Assembly (NCBI GenBank): GCA_047495785.1
Contig: JBLDXI010000030.1
Coordinates: 1,116,001 to 1,180,000 of the forward strand
Source of the DNA: Lepidodermella squamata
Taxonomy: Eukaryota > Animalia > Gastrotricha
Length of the DNA stretch: 64,000 nt
Reading direction: 5' to 3'
Of this stretch, positions 20,809 to 33,033 are shown piece by piece. The position numbers and the translations under genes were made by a program. Position 1 is the stretch's first letter. Each line of letters begins with the position of its first letter. Below the pieces are notes generated by a model. It was not told the DNA's origin. It ran no database searches and worked only from the letters and a program-made list of their open reading frames with translations.

Positions 20809-21748
20809 ACACGAACGGCGACAGTACGGGGGTTCCCCCGGCATTGTGGCAGTCCTCATCACGGCCTACACTTGCTTGAGCCCAAGTGTTCCTGCTTCAC
20901 TAAAATCTCGTATTGTCAAGTTACACAAATCGCTGAGTATACCAATGCATCGGTTTATGGACCTGGCGATTGCTGGAGGGGCGGGCCTTGTTGTAATGAT
21001 AATTGATGCAGTTCTTTTCTCGCTGATGCTATCATAAATGCTACCACTCCTTCGACGCATTATAATGCTAACGAATGTCAAATTGCTGAACACAGAGAGC
21101 GAATTAGGGCTGCAGAACTGGAAAGGATAACGAAAATCGGCTTAAGGGTAACCTTTGGTCTCTGCCTCAGCTCACCGTTCGGACGGATTGAACTGGTAGG
21201 GATGATCCCTACCATCCCTAACGGTCTCTGACTGAATATGATTCATTAAAAATTTTGTAAAATCGGCTATTTGTGATAGTCTTGAAATTCAATGGAAGGA
21301 TTGAACAACAAAGCTTATGTCATTTCTTGAGTCCTGAGTCATTGATGAAATCAAAGCAGGGGACGCAGCTCGAATTGGATCCAATTTGCTGCGATTGAAA
21401 AAAATCTGAGCTCTATTGTTAGATTCGATCAAGGCGCGAAGTACGAGGGGAATGTACGCAAAGCATTAGGACAAAAGGACAAAAGGACAATATGATCTTT
21501 GTAAATCAAAAATAATTCAGTCAATTCAGAGCAGCATAAATAACTTTTATTTCAACCACGCAATCCATACCTACGATCATGGTGATTATAAATCCATTCG
21601 CATGAATATGCCGGAAGTTTGACATGATCATTTCATTAGGCATACTTAGTCGCGATGGTCGATGAGTCCTATTCATATTTTTAGACAGCAGTTTAATCCG
21701 ATTTTTGGCGCTGCAAAAGCCAACTACTCAAATAAGGATATAAACCTC

Positions 21749-22921
21749 ATGAAATCACTATTCGTTTTGCTGATGGTGTTGAGGCTCGCTCCGAAGGCGA
21801 CTGCTTCATCAGCTGCTGCAAGGTTAGAGGCAAGATTCGCAGAATATTGTCCAGCAGTTCTATCGAAAAGCCTACCGATTGATCAAGCGCTCAGTTCCAA
21901 CAGCAGCCGCCCGGTTGTCGTCAACATCAGAATGGCTCTTCACCGTTTTGTGGGCATCGACGACGTAGAGCAAAAGCTGTCTGTTCTAGCTTATCTCTAT
22001 ATGCATTGGGCACTGCCATGCAAACCCCCGAAATGCACAGATTTGCTATCTGAAGCCGAGTGCAAGCAGCTTAATAATACTGAGCTGTTCTACCCCTCAC
22101 CTGCGTTCAACGTCTGGACTCCGATCATTTATCATTTGACTGCTTATGAGTCACCCGCGATCGGTCGCAAAATTAGTGACCTAATCTGGATTTATCCATT
22201 TTCAAGAAGTGCACTTTCTTATTTCATATTCGACCGATTCGATGTTTTCTGCACAACCTTCAGCTACCGGCAATTTCCTTTCGATACGCAATCCTGCAAT
22301 ATAGTATTTGAATCAGCCGATGAGATCACAGACGTTGCTTTTCGTCTAAAAACATTTGAAATCGATATGTCTGTCCGCGATACCTTTATCGTTGACACTG
22401 ATATATGGTCGGTTGTTGAGCCACTCGAGTATAGTAACCAACCATCTGTACAGGCAAACGGCGAATTCGTTGTAGACCGAATTATTATGACAATACGATT
22501 TCGCCGCAAGAGTGGCTACTACGTTTGCAATATCTTCGTGCCAACTATCACACTTTTCATCCTTCAAGTCGTTTCTTTGATTGCCGAGCCTGTGAACAGG
22601 GACCAATCAGCGTTTTGCGTGACAGTCGTTTTGTCTTACATTGTTTTTCTCACGTTGATTTTTGGCATGATGCCAAAAACTTCAGATCACGTTTATCTGG
22701 TGTATATAGTCGCAATCAAATTCATCGTAGCAGTCATAATCACAGGCTATACTTGCTTGAGTCCCAGTATTCCGGAGTCTTTGAAATCCCGTATTGTCAA
22801 GTTACACTATAAACACTTGGCTTTACCAATGCATCGGTTTCTCGACCTGGCGATTGCTGTTGCAGCAAGCTTCATTGTTATTATTATCGACACTGTTCTG
22901 TTTTCATTGATGCTATCATGA
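21749..22921 (+). CDS. atypical Cys-loop LGIC subunit, copy 6 (intact)
   Basis: Signal peptide from ATG 21749 (MKSLF), CTTFSYRQFPFDTQSC, four TMs. Confidence 0.92.
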   Translation: MKSLFVLLMVLRLAPKATASSAAARLEARFAEYCPAVLSKSLPIDQALSSNSSRPVVVNIRMALHRFVGIDDVEQKLSVLAYLYMHWALPCKPPKCTDLLSEAECKQLNNTELFYPSPAFNVWTPIIYHLTAYESPAIGRKISDLIWIYPFSRSALSYFIFDRFDVFCTTFSYRQFPFDTQSCNIVFESADEITDVAFRLKTFEIDMSVRDTFIVDTDIWSVVEPLEYSNQPSVQANGEFVVDRIIMTIRFRRKSGYYVCNIFVPTITLFILQVVSLIAEPVNRDQSAFCVTVVLSYIVFLTLIFGMMPKTSDHVYLVYIVAIKFIVAVIITGYTCLSPSIPESLKSRIVKLHYKHLALPMHRFLDLAIAVAASFIVIIIDTVLFSLMLS

Positions 22922-23540
22922 CTTTTGAAATCATGTTAATTGTTCTCGTGTCTCGCTTTGCAATTCCTATCCCATTTCAGGATCTTGTAATGCTATCGCC
23001 GCATAGGCAAACATGATGGCCGTTTTTTGCAATCGCTAATTCGCTAATTCGCTGAAATTAGCTAATCGTTACGAAATTGATGCATGTAGTTTTTATCGGC
23101 AATAATAAATTCAGTCTTATTAAATACTGAAATGCTCTGGTATCAAGAATATTTATTAGGTTGAGATCATCCATGTTGTAAAGTTGACAAAATACTGAAA
23201 GTTACGCCTGAAGGCCATTTCACTCTCCAGCTATCGCACAGCCAAGTTTGTTTTCTCGAAGTAGAAAAGTACCAAAAACGAAGAGCGAGCCAATTCTGTA
23301 TTAGGTATTAGAAAAAGCTAGTTCAGATTCAAAAATCACCTCAATTTTCAATTCGGCAATATTTTTTTCCACAGCCTAATGAAATTCTTTGCTGCACAAG
23401 CAAATTGAAATGGAAGCTTTGAAAAGTTTGAAAATAAAATGATATAAATGATTTTGTTGATGAAAAAATAGTGGGATTCATTTTAGGGATAATTTCTATC
23501 CATTATTATAGAAGCAGCACAGAAATTCACAGCTCCCAGA

Positions 23541-24704
23541 TCACGATAACATCAGTGAAAAAAGGACTGCGTCTATGATTATTACAATCAGGCCTGCTCC
23601 AACAGCCACAGTCAGGTCCAGAAAGCGATTCATTGAAACGCTTAGCGATTTGTGCAATTTAACGACCTTAGTCTTCATACAAGGGCTGAAGCAAGTATAA
23701 GCTGTGATTAGGATAGCTACGATAAATTTAGTAGCGACCATGTACACGAGATATACGTGATCTGAAGTCTTTGGCATCATGCCAAAAATCAACGTGAGAA
23801 ATACAACGTAAGATAGAACGACAGTTACGCAAAACGATGGTTGGTCTCTGTTCGCAGGTTCAGCGATTAAGGATACGACCTGAAGAAAGAACAGGGCTTT
23901 AGTCGGGACGAAGATGTTCCAGACGTAGTAGCCACTTTTGCGACGAAAACGAATGGTATTGTTAATCCGAGTTACACTGAAGTCGCCGTTGAGCTGGACT
24001 GAGATATAGCTGTCATATTCGAGTGGCTGGACAAGTGTCCAGATGTCAGTATCAACTATAAATGTATCTCGGGCTGACGAGTCAATATCGAAGGACGCGA
24101 TATGGTAAGCCACGTTCTCAGGATGTTCAGCTGATTCGAATGCTATCGAGCAAATTTGCGAATCGAAAGGAAATTTTCGGTAGCTGAACGACGTGCAGGA
24201 CAAGTCAAATCGTTCCATTGTCCCAAGGAAAACGAAGTTCGATTTGAGTGGATATACCCAAGCGCGATCTCTGTTCCTCTGAGTTAGGACAGGCGATTCA
24301 TACGCTGTCATGAGGACGATTTCCGGCGTCCAAATACGACTCGCAGGAACGTGGAAGTAAAGCCATTGTATGTTGTGTATTTTGCACTCAGCCTCCGATA
24401 GTAGATCGGTGCACTTTGGGACATCGCATGGTAAGCTCCAACCCATATCGAGCATTGCGAGCAGGGTAAGTTTCTGCTCCACGTCGTCGATGCCCACAAA
24501 TCGAACAAGCGATATCGTGACATTTACGAGTATCGGCTTGGTATTATTCGAATATATCAATTGATCGGCTGTTAGAGACATTGAGCGTAAGGCTGGACAG
24601 AAATCAGCGTATCTCGCCTCAACGTTTTCGGCAATAGAAAGAGCCGATACGACTGGATCAAATCGAGCCACGAGAAGAAGCAGGATAAAAGTCATTTCGA
24701 GCAT
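23541..24704 (-). CDS. atypical Cys-loop LGIC subunit, copy 7 (intact)
   Basis: 387 aa, RIWTP, CTSFSYRKFPFDSQIC, four TMs. Confidence 0.92.
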   Translation of the reverse strand: MLEMTFILLLLVARFDPVVSALSIAENVEARYADFCPALRSMSLTADQLIYSNNTKPILVNVTISLVRFVGIDDVEQKLTLLAMLDMGWSLPCDVPKCTDLLSEAECKIHNIQWLYFHVPASRIWTPEIVLMTAYESPVLTQRNRDRAWVYPLKSNFVFLGTMERFDLSCTSFSYRKFPFDSQICSIAFESAEHPENVAYHIASFDIDSSARDTFIVDTDIWTLVQPLEYDSYISVQLNGDFSVTRINNTIRFRRKSGYYVWNIFVPTKALFFLQVVSLIAEPANRDQPSFCVTVVLSYVVFLTLIFGMMPKTSDHVYLVYMVATKFIVAILITAYTCFSPCMKTKVVKLHKSLSVSMNRFLDLTVAVGAGLIVIIIDAVLFSLMLS

Positions 24705-25257
24705 TGATTTTTTTATGTAGAAGCCTCAATGCCGCTTTGATCAGCCAATGTGAACACCCACATGCCGCCAGTCTGCGCTTCTGCACATTTCCTGTTAAAC
24801 ATGAGCACCTAGTGATAAACTGCAATACAGTGTTATTTCCGGAATAATAAAACAGCATCACATTTTGATTCATCAATGCCATATGATCATTCAGAATTTA
24901 GGCGCACGTATTTAGGTAAATACTGTTAAATTCTTGAAATTTGTATTGATATTGAAACAACAATACTCGAAGGTACTGCGATCATATTAGCTAGGTCATA
25001 ATTGTAGCCAACCTCTCGAGCCAAGCCATTGCTAAAAACACCCGCTGACCGAAAAATGGGGTAGAAATATATCCAGTTAGGATGAATTTCAGGTTAGTAA
25101 TGGAGCCAGGTATATTCATGGATTCGACCGGCCAGTCAGAGTGAATGGCTGAGTTTTTTTTAATATGAAATCCCTAGTGATGCCGCAGGACAGAACTAAT
25201 ATGACCCTGGAATTCAGCAAAAAATGATAGTTTGACACTTGACACGTTCGAGAGAAC

Positions 25258-26421
25258 TCATGATAACATCAGAGAGAAGAGAATTGTGTCAATGATTATT
25301 ATTGTTATAAATGCCGCTGAAGCAATCAGCAGGTCGAGAAGGCGATGCATGGGCAAGGCCATGGAGTTGTTCAACTTGAAAACGCGCGATTTCAGTGACG
25401 CTGGGATACTAGGACTCAAGCAAGTGTAGGCTGTGATGATGACTGCAACAATGAATTTAGCGGCGACCATGTAGACAAGGTATACATGGTCTGACGTTAT
25501 TGGAATCATGCCAAAGATTAGCGTGAGAAATACAACGTAAGAAAGCACGACAGTCACGCAAAACGCTGATTGGTCCCTGTTCACTGGTTCCGCGATCAAA
25601 GAAACGACTTGAAGGATGAAAAGCGTAATAGTTGGTACGAAGATGTTGCAGACGTAGTAGCCACTTTTGCGGCGAAATCGCATTGTCATGAAAATTCGAT
25701 TAAAAGAAAACACGTTGCCTTGTCTAGTACTATTATACCCGGTTAGCTCGACAAGGGACCATATGTCTGTGTCTACCATGAAGGTGTTACCAGTCGCTCC
25801 ATCGATATCAAATATTCCGAGGTGGAGCGATACTCGTTTGGGATGACCATCGCAATGAAAAATTATCGTGCAGTCTTGCGTGTCGAAGGGGAATTTTCGG
25901 TAGCTGAAATCAGTACATGAAACGTCTAATCGATCGAAAACGAAGAATGTCATTGCAAACGACGGTAGAAATGGACGGATTACTATATAATCACTTAATT
26001 TGTTACCAATAGCAGGCTTCTCGTATGCAGTCAAATGATAAATGTATGGAGTCCAGATATTCAGCGCAGGAACTGTGAAGAAGAGATCGGAAAGGTCGAG
26101 TGCCGCGCATTCTTCTTCAGATAGTAAATCTGTACATTTCGGTGTTTCACATGGCAGCCCCCACGTTATAGACACATACAGAAGCAAAGACAGCTTTTGC
26201 TCCACATCATTGATTCCTACAAAACGGTGGAGGCCCACATAGACCCTCACCCCAACCGGCCTGCTGCCGTTGGAATAAACTGCTTGCTCTGTCGGAAGGT
26301 TTTTTGAAAGAAACGCCGGACAACGTTCAGAGAATTTCACCTCTAACGTGGCAGTAGTGGTCAGACCACCTTCCATCGATGCAAGCTTCACCAACATCAA
26401 CAAAGCTAGAAGCAATTTCAT
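25258..26421 (-). CDS. atypical Cys-loop LGIC subunit, copy 8 (intact)
   Basis: ATG 26421 (MKLLL), CTDFSYRKFPFDTQDC, four TMs. Confidence 0.92.
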   Translation of the reverse strand: MKLLLALLMLVKLASMEGGLTTTATLEVKFSERCPAFLSKNLPTEQAVYSNGSRPVGVRVYVGLHRFVGINDVEQKLSLLLYVSITWGLPCETPKCTDLLSEEECAALDLSDLFFTVPALNIWTPYIYHLTAYEKPAIGNKLSDYIVIRPFLPSFAMTFFVFDRLDVSCTDFSYRKFPFDTQDCTIIFHCDGHPKRVSLHLGIFDIDGATGNTFMVDTDIWSLVELTGYNSTRQGNVFSFNRIFMTMRFRRKSGYYVCNIFVPTITLFILQVVSLIAEPVNRDQSAFCVTVVLSYVVFLTLIFGMIPITSDHVYLVYMVAAKFIVAVIITAYTCLSPSIPASLKSRVFKLNNSMALPMHRLLDLLIASAAFITIIIIDTILFSLMLS

Positions 26422-27033
26422 GATATTTTTTACCAAAGTATTTTTATTCTATGCAGATGCAAAGAGCTGATCTACCTAGCTATTTCCTGTGATGTGTTTG
26501 TTTGAGCAGCGATATGTTAAGTATTAGCATTTAATGGAAATGTTTTCGGTTGAACTGCAGATCAATATTCTGCGAATAATCTCGTCCCCAAATTTCCAGC
26601 TGTCGGTATCTCAGCTGACTCGACCATCATGGTACCATCATCTATGGGCTGGCGAATTTATAATACCTCTCTTACCTCTTACTCGTATATTTACTCGAGA
26701 ATCTTGATGCGTGAAAGGATGAATATTCTCGAAATAAAACGACAGTTTTAGCCAATAAATTGTTTGTTTCGAAAACCGAAGGTGGTTTGGCGTGGGACTG
26801 CTTTCGAGGGCAATTTCGGTTTGAGATTATTCGTAGGCCTATCGTAGCCCAATGCAAATAGGTGTACTGTAGGTCCATGGAGATAATTGTCATAGGCCTA
26901 CCGTAGACCTAAAACTGCCCGACTGGGCCGATCGCTTCTATTGGAGATACTCTGGAGAGCGTGCATTCAAGGAAGTATACATCGTTTGATAAAATCATCC
27001 CTGACTGATCGCTTCTTTCGTGTTTTCTAAGTA

Positions 27034-27377
27034 GGGTTTTTTGGGATTTAATTTGAAATTAGCGTAATATGTCGAGAATATACAAATAGCTAGAAATATC
27101 GTAATTTGATTCAAATAATTGATTAATTAATTAATTAAAAATGTGTCTCCGGCGGGGGTTGAACCATCGAACATTGATGCATCAGCCCAACGCCTCGCCA
27201 ACTACGCCACCAGCGATCACATAAATGTTGTTGTTTTTCATGGTTTATAAATAACTTGCACTTTGGACTTGGTTGTTTTTGCGACGCCAAGTCCATATTT
27301 CATTTTCGAGATTTCTTGACATTGCAAAAAATCTCGACATTTTTACGCTAATTTCAAATTAAATCCTAAAGAACCCC
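27034..27377. mobile_element. MITE-like element with ~45-bp imperfect TIRs and an internal tRNA-like segment
   Basis: GGGTTTTTTGGGATTTAATTTGAAATTAGCGTAA...TTACGCTAATTTCAAATTAAATCCTAAAGAACCCC. A-box and B-box on the minus strand at about 27143-27211. TSD not clear. Confidence 0.65.
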
Positions 27378-28517
27378 AAAACAGCAATTAAAATCACAGG
27401 GTCGATATTAGTCGAAAATCCGCCACTCCATGAATGGCAGAAAAAGTCGTATTTTTTTCGTGATATCACTGTGCAATTTTTTCATGACGATCAACCTCGC
27501 AAAAAAGTGGCACGCGCCGTCTACTATTTTGGGCATTTCTCGCACTTTGACAAAAATACTCCAATAACAGCAATAGAAACTCCAAATGACTGTATGAATC
27601 ATCGTTGACGATGAAAAAAATAGCCGCAAAACCCGTAAAAAATAATGCGAACCCAAAAAACTCTTAAACAGTGTGCACTTTTTTGTTCGGGTTGGGTATC
27701 AATCACTCGAACCATACTTTCGCTGACGATTTCAATTTCGGAAGTACACGCCAAAGTGACGTGGATATAGCGGAGGAAAAAGCGACTCAGTGGGCACAGG
27801 CGCACCGGGTATCAATGGACCCGAAGAAGCGCTTCGGCACACAATTCAGCTACACACCCGCTTCAGATGTGGTAAGAGGAAGGAAGCCAGTGAAGAAGGA
27901 GAAGAGCCTGTTATTTCGCAAAACTAGAAGCAAGAAGCGATTTCATTTTGTCTTTATGCTACGTGTGGTACTATACTGGTTTTTTACTGGATTTAGCTAT
28001 GTCTCGGGTGTAATTAGCTATGTTTCATATTATATATTATATTATTTAACAGAACGGGTAGTATTCGACTCCGATTATGTTGCGCTGGTTTATTCCCTTC
28101 ATTTGAAAATCCTGCGCACTAAAATCATGCAACCAAACCAATGAGACTTTGGATCCCCGGCGCTACGATAATAGCTTTGAATCAGTCTATTATCTTTAGG
28201 TTTATCAGATTGCACACATTTTTTCAAATCAAAAGCCAATCTACAATAAAATGGTAAGGGAACGATTGGAATGGTTTTGATCAGAAACAAAACTAAAAAC
28301 GATAATAATAAACGATAAAACATGAAACATCTACAACAATATTTGACCCTGAACGTTGCTGATTCAGATAGCACAATTTTTATTTCTTAAGGTTTATTGA
28401 ATAGATAGTCGTTCACTGTAATCAATTATACAAACCATATAGCACATGGGATACGTTGTTGATTTAAAGGTTAGTGATGAATCAAGCCTTTCGAAAACGG
28501 GATGAGAATTTGAGAGT

Positions 28518-29687
28518 TCAAGATAGCATGCGAGAGAAAAGAACAGCATCAATAATCATTACACTAAGACCTGCCGCTCCAGCAATCGCTAGGTCCATAA
28601 ACCGATGCATTGTTAAAGTCAGCGATTTGTGGAACTTGACAACACGAGATTTTAGAGACTCAGGAATACTAGGACTCAAGCAAGTGTAAGCCGTGATTAT
28701 GACTGCCACGATAAATTTAGCGGCGACCATGTACACAAGGTAGACATGGTCTGAAGTTATTGGAATCATGCCAAAGACTAGCGTGAGAAATACAACGTAA
28801 GAAAGCACAACTGTCACGCAAAACGCTGATTGGTCCCTGTTCACGTGTTCGGCAATCAAAGAAACCACTTGAAGAACAAAAAGTGTTATAGTAGGCACGA
28901 AGATATTGCAGACGTAGTAGCCACTTTTGCGCCGGAATCGCGCTGTCAAATTTATTTGGTCAACAATGAACTTGCCGTTTCCATGCCATGATGGTTTGCT
29001 GACATTCTCAAGGGGCTCCACAAGCGACCATATATCCGTGTCCACGATGAAGGAGTTGCGCGCAGCTGTGTCGATTGCAAATTTTTGTAGATACAGCGCC
29101 ACGTCCCTGTTAGCATCAGCTGATTCGAATACTAAAGAGCAGGATTGGGTGTCGAACGGGAATTTTTTGTAACTGAATTCTGTGCAGGAAACATCGAACC
29201 GGTCAAACACGATATAATTTACTTCGCGTGGATAAAATGGATAGATCCAGACCTGATCGATGTTTCGGCGACCAAAAATAGGCGAATGAAATGCGGTGAA
29301 ATGATAGATCTCAGGCGTCCATATATCCAAAGCGGGAACCTTGAAATATAATTCATCACGGTGGGGCATATTGCACTCTGCTTCCGATAATAAATCTGTG
29401 CAATTCGGAGTTTCGCATGGAAGCGCCCAATGCATAGACAGCTGCGCGAGTAGAGACAACTTCTGCTCTACGTCATCGATACCGATGAAATGATGGAGAA
29501 GCATTTTGATATTCACGACAATCGGACGGCTGTTGTTGGTGTAAACCGCTTGATCCATCGGTAGACTTTTTGACAGAACTGCTGGACAGGATTCAGCGAA
29601 TCTCGCCTCAAACTTCCCAGCTGCTGATGACGCAGCTTCTACAGACGCCAGTCCAACCACCAAAAGCATAACTAAAAGGGATACCAT
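28518..29687 (-). CDS. atypical Cys-loop LGIC subunit, copy 9 (intact)
   Basis: ATG 29687 (MVSLL), CTEFSYKKFPFDTQSC, four TMs. Confidence 0.92.
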   Translation of the reverse strand: MVSLLVMLLVVGLASVEAASSAAGKFEARFAESCPAVLSKSLPMDQAVYTNNSRPIVVNIKMLLHHFIGIDDVEQKLSLLAQLSMHWALPCETPNCTDLLSEAECNMPHRDELYFKVPALDIWTPEIYHFTAFHSPIFGRRNIDQVWIYPFYPREVNYIVFDRFDVSCTEFSYKKFPFDTQSCSLVFESADANRDVALYLQKFAIDTAARNSFIVDTDIWSLVEPLENVSKPSWHGNGKFIVDQINLTARFRRKSGYYVCNIFVPTITLFVLQVVSLIAEHVNRDQSAFCVTVVLSYVVFLTLVFGMIPITSDHVYLVYMVAAKFIVAVIITAYTCLSPSIPESLKSRVVKFHKSLTLTMHRFMDLAIAGAAGLSVMIIDAVLFSRMLS

Positions 29688-30733
29688 GTGTATTTGATAC
29701 CGCGGGATTATACGCTGATGCAAAGCTGAAATGAAGATACAGCCGAATACAACTCATCGATCACGTGTAACCCGTGAATTCGAATTTCCCGAATTCCGAA
29801 TTTCCTGTGAAGCCACTGTATGCAAATAAATCTTCAAATCCATCCCGAAGGCAAGTATTGACTGGATGCTGGATGGTAAATTTATATGCCGAAGATATTT
29901 TTATTCCAAATATCGAATTATCGTATCAAGGCATTTCTGGGCCGTGCTGTGCTGTTGAGTGGAAACTACCGCGACCTGGAGGAAGCCTGCAGTTTAGAAC
30001 ACGGCCGAGTTAACAAACGGAGGCCCTCTTAGACCTTTCTCAGTGCCAGGACGAAATGCGGTACTTTTCTCTAGCCTTCGCCTGATTTTCAATTCCAGGT
30101 AATAGATTATTTTTTTTGGTTTTTAATGAAGTCCCTTAGGTACAGGAGTCCATCACGGCTATCAATACTCGGATGTTCCCAATGAGAAATCCATTTTGCA
30201 TTTTCGGATATCTGCAAAACATGTATACCATCGTGTAGAGCGGGAAATGCTGATAAAAACCAGGGGTCTCAAACCTAACCGGTCGGCTATGGGCTGATAG
30301 GCTCAAATAGCATAATATAATGCCTAATGCATCATTACCCCCGAAATTAGCAATTTTCGGGGTCTGTGGCGAGCAACTCAGTGCGCTAAGTAGGATCCTC
30401 GACTGAGAGGTATTTCTGGGTCCACATTTTATGACCAAAGACCCCTGTGGTTTTCATTCGGATTTACGACTCCGGCTTTCATTCTCCACCTTTAAAATTG
30501 AAGTTAAAAGCAAAAATTTGTAACAGGAAGGGAGGCTTTGGGCTCTTGTCTCAGACAGTTCGTTAAGTTAGATTGTGGGAATGCTGCAGCAACTATTTTC
30601 CGTTTGCGTTAATGTAGAAGCTGATCTCGCATTAAACAATAAGAATACAGCGGAGGTTGACCAGTTTAGGAATCATGTTTACGAGGTTTAAGGTTTAGGA
30701 TACATCGCTAGATGCAGAAATATTCGACAGAAT

Positions 30734-31896
30734 TCAAGTTAACATCAGAGAGAACAGAACTGCGTCGACAATCATCACTGCAAGACCTGCCACTGAAGCC
30801 ATCGCCAGGTCGAGAAAACGATGCATTGGAATAGCCAGACGCTTGTGTAACTTGACAGTTCGAGATTTCAGTGGCTCAGGAATACTCGGACTCAAGCAAG
30901 TATAAGCCGTAATTATGACTGCCACGATAAATTTCACCGCTACCATGTAGACAAGGTAGACGTGATCTGAGGTTGTTGGCATCATGCCAAAAATTAGGGT
31001 AAGAAATACCACGTAAGACAGCACGACGGTTACGCAAAATGCGGATTGGTCCCGGTTTACAGGCTCTGCTATTAGAGAAAGGACTTGTAGAATGAAAAGC
31101 GTGATAGTTGGAACGAAGATGTTGCAGACGTAGTAGCTGCTCTTTCGACGAAATTGAATCGTTAGGTTCACTTGGGCATACTCAAACTCGCCCTCAACTG
31201 TTGCATTGGTGCTATAACCTAAATGCTCGACGACTGACCATATGTCAGTATCAACAATAAATGTGTTACCAGCAGAACTGTCTATTTCAAATGATCCCAG
31301 GCGGAACACAACGTCACTGAGAGGATCGCCTGATTCGAATATTATTGAGCAGGCTTGCGTATCAAAGGGAAATTTGCGGTAGCTGAAGGCTGTGCACGAT
31401 ACATCGAATCGGTCGAAAATGTAGTACCTGACTGTATTTGAAGGGGCAAATGGATAGATCCAGGCCAGATCACTGAATTTAAGACCGATAACAGGAGACT
31501 CATATGCAGTCAAATGATAGATTATTGGCGTCCAAATATCAAACGTTGGGACCGGATAATAGAGCTTAGTAGATCTGAGTATGCTGCATTCTGTTTCAGA
31601 TAGTAAATCTGTGCATTTCGGAACTTCGCATGGCAGGCCCCACCAAACAGACAGATATGCTACTACAGACAGTTTTTGCTCCACGTCGTCGATGTCTACA
31701 AACCGAAGCAGTTCCAAGTGGATACTCACGATTACCGGACTGGTGTTGTTTGAATAAACCAATTGATCCATTGGCAGGCTTATCGACAGCACTGCGTCAC
31801 AATATTGCAGCTTGCCTGCAGCTTGCCAGAAGTCCTCACGGCAGCCCCTATCGAGGCGAGATCAGCCACAATCGCCAAAATTAGATGTGATTTCAT
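30734..31896 (-). pseudogene. Cys-loop LGIC subunit, copy 10, frameshifted just after the signal peptide
   Basis: Signal peptide frame (MKSHLIL, ATG 31896) is out of frame with the body. About 4 nt are missing near 31805-31815 relative to copy 14. Confidence 0.85.
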
Positions 31897-32169
31897 GATG
31901 TTTATATTATAGCATGCGATTTGAATACTCATATGAGGCCGAAATATTATCATACTCGCAGTTTTATGCAGCTGCATAGAGCTCATCGATTTCGAATTTC
32001 CTGTAAATCATTTGTATGCGCAGTGATCACAGTTATTGAATGAAAAGGAGAAGCCAGGTAAATCACGTTCTCCATGACAACAATTGGATGGTATATATTC
32101 GATGACATTAGGAAAATTGCTCGGGCATATTTACTGATTTCATTTATTCGATCTCAAAACAACCGGCAT

Positions 32170-32423
32170 CAGAGTGCGAAGTAGGACAGCAGAACTGGTT
32201 AGGATAAGGAGAATCGACATAAGGGTCAATGGTCCCCCTTTGGTCTTTGACTGATTTCAAAGCGGAGCGATTGAACCCTGCCATCCAGGGTGCGAAGAAC
32301 AGCTCTGGGAATCCAACCAGAGGAAGGCTGCCAAAACCACAGGAGGACCCTTTGATTTCTTCGGCTGGGTCCTAGAAAACAAATAGAAAACACCTCAGCT
32401 CCCGGATCCTACTTCGCACACTG
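32170..32423. mobile_element. hAT-type MITE related to 5627-5789
   Basis: CAGAGTGCGAAGTAGGA...TCCTACTTCGCACACTG. TSD not preserved. Confidence 0.65.
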
Positions 32424-33033
32424 CTGCCATCCCTAGCCTAGTCGAAACAGACGTTGCCTTCCTGGCGCTACGGTAGAAACTTAGAATCCCACGGTTGCTT
32501 TAATACCGCAGAGAGATAGATAATTCCTTACACAAAGGAAAGCGGGTCACATTTTCTGATCAAAAAGACATGCAACTCTAAAAGCTTGTATTTCGAGACG
32601 TGAAGTGAAGATGAAACAGATCGCGTGAATATATTGAAAAACCGAGCATAATAACCTAACAAAAATAACGCCCTCAAAATACCGGAATCATCCCAGGTCA
32701 AGCTACAGCCCTAGACCAGGATATAATTGCGTACCCCAGGACGGCTATCCCAACCTCCCCAGGCCAGCATTGGGGCTCACCGAGACCTGGGGGATACCCA
32801 ACGCTGGAAGAAACATCGAAAGTAAATAGGAATCGTTTAATTATGCCCTCCCTTAATGCAGCAATATTCAAGTTTAGCGAAGTCTTTTGACTTTCGCAAA
32901 ACAAATTGGCCGCACGTAAAGGAAATGTAGAAAAGTGGTAGAAAAATGGAAAGGGCTGGGGTTGGTCACAGTGGAAGGCGAGCATCGCGAATTCAGACAC
33001 GGGTGATTTCAAGGGTCCAACATTCGAGAGAAT

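Larger units (their letters stand above)
15855..20842 (-). mobile_element. Helentron-type (Helitron2) non-autonomous element, outer copy
   Basis: Minus-strand 5' end GCCGGGGGAACCC. 3' end is the complementary subTIR GGGTTCCCCCGGC plus a GC-rich hairpin and GCCAAT. Insertion needs no TSD. Confidence 0.8.
14874..21037 (+). pseudogene. Cys-loop LGIC subunit, copy 5, split in M3 by a Helentron insertion
   Basis: Removing 15855-20842 restores a 391-aa ORF (...AVKF|IVAVLITAYTCLSP...). Confidence 0.92.

Noticed and set aside
20775-20842. 34-bp direct repeat as a CRISPR-like or minisatellite array
   Set aside because: Only two adjacent units with no spacer; explained by two nested Helentron 5' ends.
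15854-20846. Apparent 5-bp TSD CATTG around the 5-kb insertion
   Set aside because: ATTGG is part of the element terminus (also at 18560 and inverted at 16904), so the match is coincidental and no duplication is needed.
27143-27211. Functional tRNA gene
   Set aside because: A/B boxes are present but the acceptor and anticodon stems do not pair convincingly, and it lies inside a TIR element.
27671-28144. 157-aa ORF as a gene
   Set aside because: No recognisable domain, non-ATG start in the track, and it runs into AT-rich low-complexity sequence; likely TE debris.
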